Source of the DNA: Bacteroidota bacterium
GTDB lineage: Bacteria > Bacteroidota > Bacteroidia > Palsa-965
DNA: 64,000 bases
Direction: 5' to 3'
NCBI GenBank assembly: GCA_046335555.1
Contig: JBKDHA010000126.1
Coordinates: forward strand, 9,832-73,831
Positions 39,123 through 47,341 of the stretch are shown piece by piece (within the stretch, counting starts at the first letter, position 1; every line of letters starts with the position of its first letter). The notes under the pieces were generated by a model that made no database searches, was not told the origin of the DNA, and saw only the letters and a program-made list of their open reading frames with translations. A program made the position numbers and the translations under genes.

Positions 39123-39825
39123 ATTTCGCGATTAGTCGGAATCCTTTTCCGTGAATGTTCATGATTTCAACGGTTGGATCATCTTTCAGGTATTTCCGAA
39201 GTTTTGCAATATATACATCCATACTGCGCGAATTGAAATAGCTGTCGTCGCCCCAAATTGTGTTGAGTGCTAATGAGCGATCCAGAATGTCGTTTTTGTA
39301 AATGGCCAGAAGGCGCAGCAGATCAGCTTCTTTGGAAGTAAGCTTCTGCGGCTTGTTGCCGAACTCCAGCACCTGCCTTGTGTGATCGAAACTATAATCA
39401 CCAACCGTAAAATTAGTTTGATCGGTATTATGTGCGGTTGTGGATTTGGTGCGGCGCAAAATTGCTTTCAGGCGCAGGAGCAATTCCTCCATACTGAACG
39501 GCTTGGTGATATAATCATCAGCACCAACATTAAAGCCTTCTATTGTGTCTTCTTTCATCGACTTTGCGGTGAGAAAAACAATGGGGACTTCCTGATTGAG
39601 TGCGCGGATTTCCTTGGCAAGCGTGTAACCGTCTTTCACAGGCATCATCACATCAAGCAGACAAAGGTCGAAGCTGGCTTTACGGAACTGGTCGAAACCT
39701 TCTTTGCCATTTACTGCAAGCACGGTTTCGTAGCCTTTAGCATCAAGATATTCCTGAAGCAAATTGCCAAGGTTGGGATCGTCTTCTGCAAGCAGGATGC
39801 GTGTTTTGGGTTCGGCTGTGGTCAT
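39121..39825 (-). CDS. rprY: OmpR-family response regulator (RprY-like)
   Basis: LLAEDD, LLDVMMP, FLTAK, WGDDSYFNSRSMDVYIAKLRK. Confidence 0.92.
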   Translation of the reverse strand: MTTAEPKTRILLAEDDPNLGNLLQEYLDAKGYETVLAVNGKEGFDQFRKASFDLCLLDVMMPVKDGYTLAKEIRALNQEVPIVFLTAKSMKEDTIEGFNVGADDYITKPFSMEELLLRLKAILRRTKSTTAHNTDQTNFTVGDYSFDHTRQVLEFGNKPQKLTSKEADLLRLLAIYKNDILDRSLALNTIWGDDSYFNSRSMDVYIAKLRKYLKDDPTVEIMNIHGKGFRLIAK

Positions 39826-41312
39826 GATTCTATGGATGTTGCGGGTACGTGATAAGGAAGGTTAACATAAAAACGGCTGCCGCGTCCGGGTTCGCTTTCT
39901 ACTGAAACATCGCCACCGTGTTTAACGGCAACGGCTTTCACATAGCTGAGTCCAAGTCCGAAGCCTTTCACATCGTGAACGTTTCCGGTAGGTACGCGGT
40001 AAAGTTTATCGAAAATCTTTTTCTGATTCTCGCGGCTGATTCCGATGCCGTTGTCTTCAACACAAAGCTGAATACCGGTTGCCGTGTTTTCGGTAATTAC
40101 GCGAATAAGCGGCTGGCCGGGGGTATATTTTATTGCATTGTCGAGCAGGTTGAAAATAAGATTCTGAACATGCGTGCGGTCGGCTTCAATCACAAAACTA
40201 TCAGCTTCAAATTGTGTGCTGATCTCACCTGATTTCTTTTCAACCTGAATGCGGACACTGTTTACGGCATTGCGAATGAGTTCATGAAAATCGACCGGGC
40301 CTGTTTTGAGGCGGAAATTTCCTTTATCAAGCAAGGCCGACTGCAATACATTTTCAACCAATCCGCCGAGACGTTTATTCTCTTCGCGAATCATTGTTAC
40401 ATAACGATTGAGCCTGTCCTGCGTTTTCTCAACTGATGAATCAGAAAGCACTTCGCAGGCTAAAGATATTGTGGAGATGGGCGTTTTCAGCTCATGCGTC
40501 ATATTACTGATGAAATCGTTTTTGATTTCGGAGAGTTGTTTTTGCCGATAAATAGTTGAGATGCTGTAGTAAAAAAGCAGAAGAATAAACAATACAAACA
40601 ACACCGAAAGGATAAGCATGATCCAGAGCGATTTCAGAATAAAACCGTTTTGATACGGAAAGTAAACTGCCAGCATGTGCGGCTGCGCAAAAATATTGTC
40701 GGGCATTAAACTAACGCGATGCCGGCTGGTCAGCAAACTATCGCGCAGCGATTGCTGAGGATCTTCATCGCCGCTGAGTACAGGCACTGTGCCTCCGGTG
40801 AAAATTGTCCATACATAGCGCGTAGTAATTCCCCGGTTGCGGAATTCATATCGCAGCAGCGAATCAATGAGCATTGTATCGGGCTGAATATCATTTTCGC
40901 CGAGGAAATTCACCTGCAGCATTTGATTGTAGAGATCCGAAAAAAGCTCGCCGGCAGGGCGTTTCAGGAGATCGCCGCGTTTTGCCAATGCATCTAAGCC
41001 ACTCTGCAATTTATTCCGGCTGAAGCTGAGTGTATCATTCGGGCTTTCGCTTCCGGGAACAGGTGCATTCAGTTGTCGCGAATTGAAACCCTGTGGCAGA
41101 CGAGGAAGCGAGTATTGTGTGCGCATCCGTTCACGCGCTTGAGCGCGGGCATAGCGGCGGGTAACATTCATCATTGCTTCGCGCACATCCTGCTCAAAAT
41201 GCTCGCGCCGCTGATCTACAGCACCACTGATCCAGTAATACTGAATCACGCAAAGCCCGATAAGCGCTGCGCCCGCAAGAAATGCAATCAGTTTTGGAGA
41301 AACAATTTTCAT
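39822..41312 (-). CDS. rprX: Sensor histidine kinase (RprX-like)
   Basis: Two TM segments; FISNMTHELKTP, NLLDNAIKY, GFGLGLSYV; overlaps rprY; TACCTTTG -7 element at 41337-41344. Confidence 0.88.
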   Translation of the reverse strand: MKIVSPKLIAFLAGAALIGLCVIQYYWISGAVDQRREHFEQDVREAMMNVTRRYARAQARERMRTQYSLPRLPQGFNSRQLNAPVPGSESPNDTLSFSRNKLQSGLDALAKRGDLLKRPAGELFSDLYNQMLQVNFLGENDIQPDTMLIDSLLRYEFRNRGITTRYVWTIFTGGTVPVLSGDEDPQQSLRDSLLTSRHRVSLMPDNIFAQPHMLAVYFPYQNGFILKSLWIMLILSVLFVLFILLLFYYSISTIYRQKQLSEIKNDFISNMTHELKTPISTISLACEVLSDSSVEKTQDRLNRYVTMIREENKRLGGLVENVLQSALLDKGNFRLKTGPVDFHELIRNAVNSVRIQVEKKSGEISTQFEADSFVIEADRTHVQNLIFNLLDNAIKYTPGQPLIRVITENTATGIQLCVEDNGIGISRENQKKIFDKLYRVPTGNVHDVKGFGLGLSYVKAVAVKHGGDVSVESEPGRGSRFYVNLPYHVPATSIES

Positions 41313-41409
41313 ACCCGTGCCTCAATGGCAATCCTCAAAGGTAGCACAGTTCGGGCGTTGAGGATGCTGCCCGGCTATCTGGCTTAACATCATTTAACGA
41401 GTGTACAAC

Positions 41410-42111
41410 TTAAAGCCCTATTTTCTGCCGCTTTTCCTCTACCAGAAACACCCTAAGTGGCGGCAGCTCTATCTCTTTTCCATTCGGACCTTTGGCCTTG
41501 ATGTCGTCAAACATCAGCACACCGCCATTGCCTTTTACATTCAGCGAATCAATTTTCTGCTTCATGCGCGGTGTGAGCGCACTGCCGGTTGACTTCAGCG
41601 TATCCAATTTCCCGGTCTTCGCATTGCGCAGGTATAATGTAAAAGACGTAACCTGATAATTATCTCGCGAAAATTTTTGACGTGCATAAATTCTGCCAGC
41701 ACCTATTACGGTAAACTTATCAATAAATGAATCATTTTTAATACCGCATAAATCGGGTTCGGGCACTTCACGGCCATAAAGTTTATACGTTTTTGACCAG
41801 GCAATACGTTCGGTTCCGTTCTTCAGTTTTTCGTAAACAACCAATACGCCTTCAACGCCGGTTTCCGCTTTTATAATGTAGAACGAATCGCGCTGTGTTA
41901 CAGTCCCACCTTTAAATTCGACCGTTCCGAGTTTATGTTTTCCCTTGTAACGAATCTTCATCACATTATCTTCTCTCAGATAGAGATATGGACGTTCGGG
42001 AGTTACAGTAACAACAGTTGGTGTTCCTTTTACAATAAATGTATCCGTCTGCGCATTCAGCATACGGAAACTTGAAATAGTAAGGAACAAAAAAAGAATG
42101 CGGAGTTTCAT
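41410..42111 (-). CDS. Secreted protein resembling the GldM C-terminal domains
   Basis: Signal peptide; C-terminus YQVTSFTL...GSALT...FDDIKAKGPNG..IELPP recalls the last GldM domain. Confidence 0.6.
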   Translation of the reverse strand: MKLRILFLFLTISSFRMLNAQTDTFIVKGTPTVVTVTPERPYLYLREDNVMKIRYKGKHKLGTVEFKGGTVTQRDSFYIIKAETGVEGVLVVYEKLKNGTERIAWSKTYKLYGREVPEPDLCGIKNDSFIDKFTVIGAGRIYARQKFSRDNYQVTSFTLYLRNAKTGKLDTLKSTGSALTPRMKQKIDSLNVKGNGGVLMFDDIKAKGPNGKEIELPPLRVFLVEEKRQKIGL

Positions 42112-42144
42112 CTTTTGCGGAGTTGACAACTTTTACCAGAATAG

Positions 42145-42178
42145 GGCAAAGTCTGTACCGAAATGTACAGACTTTGCC
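42145..42178. other. Perfect 14-bp hairpin without a U tract
   Basis: GGCAAAGTCTGTAC-CGAAAT-GTACAGACTTTGCC. Confidence 0.7.
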
Positions 42179-42194
42179 GATAATTTATTGTGAG

Positions 42195-42310
42195 CATCTC
42201 TTAAAACTCAAAATCTCTTCGTTAGGCTTGTCGCGAAAATCCTCATTTACGCAAGTAAACTGCGGTTTTCACTCCTGCGCCTGCCTCAATCTTTTGAGTT
42301 TTAAGAGATG
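42195..42310. mobile_element. MITE-like element, 116 bp
   Basis: Perfect 19-bp terminal inverted repeat CATCTCTTAAAACTCAAAA / TTTTGAGTTTTAAGAGATG; inner hairpin TTTAC-GCAA-GTAAA. Confidence 0.82.
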
Positions 42311-42327
42311 TCCTTGCTTCAGCTAAC

Positions 42328-43902
42328 TCAAATTCCAAGTACCGATTTGGTTTGCTCAACAGATGCCAGCACACCTTCATGCACAGTCATGGTAAGTTCT
42401 GCTTTTTTCTTCCCGGCTAAATTATTGAGCGCATCTGCATTGGCAGTAGCCAAATGTCCATCAGGGGTAACCAGCCAAAGCAGATTTTCAACATCAGGAG
42501 TAAACTGGAATGCTGATAGTGCACCAGGCGCGTAAGTGAAAATTGCATTGCGGCCTTTCTCTACTAAAAACACCTGAACGCCTGTAATTTCCTGTTTGTT
42601 GCGGCTGTCGATGATTTTCAAGGCCATTGGTTCGGCTGCCGGAAGATTCGACGGGCAATCAGAATTCCACATTCCGAAGTCTTGAATAACGAACAGCCGC
42701 ATGGTTTGGTTTTCCTGCTTGCGACCCACATTTGCGCGTGAACGAAGTGCTGAAAGACGAAGCGCAAGCGCATTTTCACGAAGCCGCTTTTTATCTGCTT
42801 TGTCAACGGCATTGTCGAGCTGCTGCTGCTTCTGAGTTTCGCTGCCAATTTTTCCGCTGCGTGCGGCTTCGTAAGCGGCAAATCGTTTCTCGTATTCTTT
42901 CATGGCCGATTCATAGTTACGTGTGTCCACAACTACATAAGTAATGTAAGAGCGTTCAATCGTATCGCGGGTAAATGTTACCGTGAGCGTGCGGCCGTCG
43001 CTATTGCGGGCTATCGAAGCATCATCCCACTGAATTTTACGGTCGGCACGGTTGTAAGGTGTGCGGGTTTCGTCAACCTCGAAACGCAAGCCTTTGTAAG
43101 CATTCAGCTCAGGAAACTCAAGCGGATCGAAGTCGATACTGAAGCTGGGGCGTTTGCTGTTGGCCAATTGCGGGCGAACGGGTTCTGCGCCTGCCGGTTT
43201 TGCTTTGGGAACAGTTGTATCAGCCGCAGCGGTTTGTGCTGCCAGCGGATACGCCGTATCACGTTTTACAAAAGCCCAGTTGCGCGCCGTGGTATCGAGG
43301 TAATAGATATTGAACTTATCCTCAGCAGTATTCGAAACCAGCGCCACTTCAATGGGCTTTGCCGGATTGGTTTTGAGCGGCTGTCCGTTCTGCCACGCAG
43401 TTATTTCCAGCATTCCGGCCGATTCAAAATGATACTGTTTACCGGCCGAATCATAGGTCATCGGAATGCCCGCAATGAATATAGAAGCCGGATCATGAAA
43501 CTCGCGGTAGCGGATTTCCACATTTCCTGCAACCGGTTGTCCGCTGCTGTTGAGAAACGCGCCTTGCGGAACAATAATGAGTGATCCGGTGCTGAACCCA
43601 AGCGTATCGGCTTTTCCGGCATCCACCATGTAGGTTGTATCGGCAATATCAACGCCGTTAAGCGGAGCTTGCACAAATGCCGTTTGCTTTTTCAGTTCAG
43701 CTTCATCGGGCGAAAGGGCAATGTATGAACCTACGGCAATCACCGTTCCCAGCACCACAGCACCAATGTAGAAACCCGGCTTTTTGTAGAAGGGCGGTTT
43801 CTGTGCATTGTAAGCATTCAGAAACTGATCAAAATTCTTTCCGCGCTCAATATCTTCGGGTGTAAGCGGCTTGCGGTTTCGGTTAATGTTGTTCGTTTCC
43901 AT
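42328..43902 (-). CDS. Single-pass membrane protein, putative anti-sigma/sensor
   Basis: Short cytoplasmic N-terminus, one TM (FYIGAVVLGTVIAVGSYIAL), large periplasmic part; directly after the ECF sigma gene. Confidence 0.7.
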   Translation of the reverse strand: METNNINRNRKPLTPEDIERGKNFDQFLNAYNAQKPPFYKKPGFYIGAVVLGTVIAVGSYIALSPDEAELKKQTAFVQAPLNGVDIADTTYMVDAGKADTLGFSTGSLIIVPQGAFLNSSGQPVAGNVEIRYREFHDPASIFIAGIPMTYDSAGKQYHFESAGMLEITAWQNGQPLKTNPAKPIEVALVSNTAEDKFNIYYLDTTARNWAFVKRDTAYPLAAQTAAADTTVPKAKPAGAEPVRPQLANSKRPSFSIDFDPLEFPELNAYKGLRFEVDETRTPYNRADRKIQWDDASIARNSDGRTLTVTFTRDTIERSYITYVVVDTRNYESAMKEYEKRFAAYEAARSGKIGSETQKQQQLDNAVDKADKKRLRENALALRLSALRSRANVGRKQENQTMRLFVIQDFGMWNSDCPSNLPAAEPMALKIIDSRNKQEITGVQVFLVEKGRNAIFTYAPGALSAFQFTPDVENLLWLVTPDGHLATANADALNNLAGKKKAELTMTVHEGVLASVEQTKSVLGI

Positions 43903-43907
43903 GATCT

Positions 43908-44480
43908 TCAGGCTAAAGCAGAATAAATTGTTTTCATGCGTTCGAGCAGCCGGTAAATCCGCGCTTTTGCCGCCGCCTCATTAATTTCAAGAATCTCACC
44001 TATTTCTTTGAACGGGCGCTGTTCAAAAAACCGGAGTTCGAGCAAACTCACCTCATCTGCATCGAGCTTTGCAATGGTTTGCATAAGCCGTGCATCGGTT
44101 TCGGCAGTATTGTCTTGCCCCAATTCCTGCAGCACATCGGCCACCTGTGTGTCGTCGATATTTACGGCCTGCCGCACTTTGGCACGGCGGTACTGGCGGC
44201 TCAGTTCGTTGAGCGCAATACGAAACAACCAGGCCGAAAACGGCACTCCCTGCGATTTGTATTTGCCGAGGTTTTCCAGCGCAGTAATAAAAACCTGCTG
44301 GGTCACATCGTACGCATCGTCTTTCGTTTCGGTACGCTGATACACAAACGCCAGTATGCGGGCGTAGTACCTGTTGTAGAGCGGCGCAAAACGGGCCGGA
44401 TTGTCGCGCGCGGCGTTGATTTCGGCTGCTTCAGCCTCAATCTGTTCGCGGGTTTGGTGATAACTTGAAGCGAGGTTCAT
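43908..44480 (-). CDS. ECF sigma-70 factor
   Basis: FAPLYNRYY, DVTQQVFITA, FSAWLFRIALNE, region 4 LRFFEQRPFKEIGEIL. Confidence 0.95.
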   Translation of the reverse strand: MNLASSYHQTREQIEAEAAEINAARDNPARFAPLYNRYYARILAFVYQRTETKDDAYDVTQQVFITALENLGKYKSQGVPFSAWLFRIALNELSRQYRRAKVRQAVNIDDTQVADVLQELGQDNTAETDARLMQTIAKLDADEVSLLELRFFEQRPFKEIGEILEINEAAAKARIYRLLERMKTIYSALA

Positions 44481-44592
44481 GGTGATGCCTTTTGCGGTAG
44501 GAAACAGAACCATTGCGGGCTGCTTTCATCAGCATAGGGTTTTGGGAATGGAAAAGTAACGGGAAGATGCAGAAAAAATCTTCGCCACGCAT

Positions 44593-44624
44593 AAAAGGCT
44601 GCCGGTGTTTCCCGGCAGCCTTTT
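44593..44624 (-). terminator. Terminator of the sulfite reductase operon
   Basis: AAAAGGCTGCCGG-N6-CCGGCAGCCTTTT, bidirectional type. Confidence 0.8.
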
Positions 44625-44646
44625 CAAACAACTCATTATCAGCGCA

Positions 44647-44961
44647 TCACGGTACACAGAGCCTGATCTGCTGCTGCCCCGGTGCCAGCCTGATCTGACA
44701 GGCCAGCCGTGAATTGGTGTACACAACAGGCAGCGTATCCAGCATATTCAGTTCCTCATCGCCGGCCGGGGGCAGCGGGGGCTCCGCTGAAAGGATGCGT
44801 ACATGGCAGGTGGCACACAAGGCCATGCCGCCACACGTTCCTTCTATTCCTTTTATCTCCATGCCTTTGAGCAACTCCATCAGACTAAGCGCGATATTAT
44901 CCGGCACATCAACGCGCTGCAATTCACCCCCGGTTTCTATTTCAACAACAATATCATTCAT
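44647..44961 (-). CDS. 2Fe-2S ferredoxin (adrenodoxin type)
   Basis: CGGMALCATCH...RLACQI. Confidence 0.95.
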   Translation of the reverse strand: MNDIVVEIETGGELQRVDVPDNIALSLMELLKGMEIKGIEGTCGGMALCATCHVRILSAEPPLPPAGDEELNMLDTLPVVYTNSRLACQIRLAPGQQQIRLCVP

Positions 44962-44964
44962 ACG

Positions 44965-45975
44965 TTAAAATGTATTTACACCATTCACTGTGGTGTACTT
45001 CATGGTGTAATGCACACCGGGATTGATGTATTTATAGGCGCTATGGCTCATCATGGCTGCTTCATGAAATCCGCAAAGAATGAGCTTGAGTTTATTTTTG
45101 TACGTGTTGATATCACCAATCGCATAAATCCCTTTTACAGAAGTAGAATAGTCTTCCGGATTTACCACCACGGCCTGCTTCTCAATATCAAGCCCCCAGT
45201 GTGAGGCGGGCCCCAGTTTGGGGCTGAGACCAAAGAGAATAATCAGTTCATCGGCTTCAATATCATGTATGGCCTGTGTATTGAGATTTTTCACACTCAC
45301 CGTACTTAACCGGCCGAGTCCGTTTACATTTTCAACGGATGTATGCAAAAGAAGATTGATTAAACCTGATTCGGCCAATGCTTTTACGCGCTCCGCACTG
45401 TCGGGCACACCTCTGAACTGATCGCTGCGATGCACCAACGTAAGCGAACTGCATACCGAAGCCAGCTGCAGTGTCCAGTCGAGTGCACTGTCGCCACCAC
45501 CAGCAATTACAACTTTCCTGTTTCTGAAATATTCCGGTTCACGCACAAAATAATGTATGCCTTTACCGTTCTCAAATGCATCAAGGCCTTTCACTTCAGG
45601 CTTTCGCGGTTCAAAACAACCCAGTCCGCCCGCAATTACCACGGCCTTTCCCGAAACAACTGTGCCTAAATTTGTTGTAACCTGAAAATTACATTCATCA
45701 ATTTTCTGAATTGTTTCCACACGTTCACCAAGTGTAAAACCGGGTTTAAACGGGGCAGCCTGTTGCAGCAGATTGTCAATTAATTCCTGCGCCAGCACAG
45801 TTGGAAAACCCGGAATATCATAAATTGGTTTCCGGGGATAAATTTCGGAAAGTTGCCCGCCGGGCTGGGGAAGGTAATCGATGAGGTGACATCGCATTTT
45901 CAGCAGTCCGGCTTCAAATACAGCAAACAAGCCTACCGGGCCGGCCCCGATGATGATAAGGTCTGTGGTAATCAT
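44965..45975 (-). CDS. Thioredoxin-reductase-like ferredoxin-NADP reductase
   Basis: IIGAGPVG, YPRKPIYDIPG, GGGDSALDW, GDINTY; no CxxC. Confidence 0.9.
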   Translation of the reverse strand: MITTDLIIIGAGPVGLFAVFEAGLLKMRCHLIDYLPQPGGQLSEIYPRKPIYDIPGFPTVLAQELIDNLLQQAAPFKPGFTLGERVETIQKIDECNFQVTTNLGTVVSGKAVVIAGGLGCFEPRKPEVKGLDAFENGKGIHYFVREPEYFRNRKVVIAGGGDSALDWTLQLASVCSSLTLVHRSDQFRGVPDSAERVKALAESGLINLLLHTSVENVNGLGRLSTVSVKNLNTQAIHDIEADELIILFGLSPKLGPASHWGLDIEKQAVVVNPEDYSTSVKGIYAIGDINTYKNKLKLILCGFHEAAMMSHSAYKYINPGVHYTMKYTTVNGVNTF

Positions 45976-46577
45976 GAACTTTTTTTCTTTTGTGAGGAAA
46001 GTAATCGGGTGAATTGGTTGAGTTGTTTCACCTTATCGGCGAAGTCGCCTTTCAAATAACTGCGTATGGTTTGCAGGTGATTAAGTGATTCGTTGATTTC
46101 TTCGGGGAATGCCTCTTCAAAAATTTCGCGGAGACGTTTAGCCACTGTGGGTGATTTCCCGTTTGTGGAAATAGCAATTTTCACTGCACCTTTTCTCACT
46201 ACTGATCCGAGATAAAAATCACAGAGATCAGGAGTATCAGCTGTATTTACAAGCAGGCCGTGTTGCCTGGCCTGTGTGCGTATTTGTGCACTGGTTTGTA
46301 TGCTGCCCGTAGCAAGAATTACGAGATCTTTTCCTTCCAGATCAGTCGCTTCAAAAGCCCGTTCGATAATCACTACCGCATCAAACCCCTGAGCAATAAG
46401 ACGAAATTCAGGCAATACCGAAATGGCTACTACCGTAACCTGTGCACGGGGCGAATTCTGCAACAATGCAGTAAGTTTTTCGCAGGCTACAAATCCGCCT
46501 CCGACCAGCAGCACGTGTAATTGTTCGAGCTTGAGAAAGACAGGGAAAAGCGGATTGACGGCTTCAATGCTGCTCAT
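45972..46577 (-). CDS. Precorrin-2 dehydrogenase/sirohydrochlorin ferrochelatase (CysG N-terminal/Met8-like)
   Basis: FPVFLKL, VLLVGGGFVA, VNTADTPDLCDF, ISTNGKSP. Confidence 0.92.
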   Translation of the reverse strand: MSSIEAVNPLFPVFLKLEQLHVLLVGGGFVACEKLTALLQNSPRAQVTVVAISVLPEFRLIAQGFDAVVIIERAFEATDLEGKDLVILATGSIQTSAQIRTQARQHGLLVNTADTPDLCDFYLGSVVRKGAVKIAISTNGKSPTVAKRLREIFEEAFPEEINESLNHLQTIRSYLKGDFADKVKQLNQFTRLLSSQKKKSS

Positions 46578-47341
46578 GAGGCAAAACGGGTTAGTTCGTG
46601 CAGCAGTGTTTGCTCCGTAGCGAGCGAAAGTTTATGTTTCACCACTTCACCAATTACAATCACTGCCGGCGAATCATGCGTTTCGGCCAGTGTGGCAAGA
46701 TTTCCCACCACACCGGTACTCACATTTTGCTGCTGCAATGTTCCGTGGCTGATAACGGCTGCAGGAGTGTCGCCGGCACCGGCCTGCCTGTAAACAGAAC
46801 TTATTTCGGCCGCTTTTCCAAGCCCCATGAGTACCACCACAGTAGCTGTTGATCTTGCTGCCAATGTCAGATCGGCCGACAGGGCCGCATTTCCGGTGGT
46901 GGCGGTAATTACCCAGAAACTTTCGCTCACACCGCGTAAGGTAACCGGAATGCCGCAGGTACCTGGAACCGCCACCGCACTGCTCAACCCCGGCACATAG
47001 GCTGTGTGCAATCCATGCGCTGCAGCATATTCAAGCTCTTCGGCTCCGCGTCCAAACACAAACGGATCACCTCCTTTAAGCCGTATAACATGCCCGCAGC
47101 GATGCGCATACGAAACAATCATCCGATTTATTTCCTGTTGCGAATATGTATGGCGTGCCTTGCGTTTCCCCACAAACAGCCTGATGCAATGCGCAGGAAC
47201 AAACTCCAGCAATTCATCACTCACCAATGCATCATACATTAACACATCGGCTGTTTGAATTACACGCAGTGCTTTAAGCGTAATCAGTTCTGCATTTCCC
47301 GGACCAGCGCCCAATACCGTTAACCGTGGTGTTTTATTCAT
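46574..47341 (-). CDS. cobA: Uroporphyrinogen-III C-methyltransferase
   Basis: GAGPGNAELITLKA, YDALV, RLKGGDPFVFGRG; start MNKTPRL. Confidence 0.95.
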   Translation of the reverse strand: MNKTPRLTVLGAGPGNAELITLKALRVIQTADVLMYDALVSDELLEFVPAHCIRLFVGKRKARHTYSQQEINRMIVSYAHRCGHVIRLKGGDPFVFGRGAEELEYAAAHGLHTAYVPGLSSAVAVPGTCGIPVTLRGVSESFWVITATTGNAALSADLTLAARSTATVVVLMGLGKAAEISSVYRQAGAGDTPAAVISHGTLQQQNVSTGVVGNLATLAETHDSPAVIVIGEVVKHKLSLATEQTLLHELTRFAS

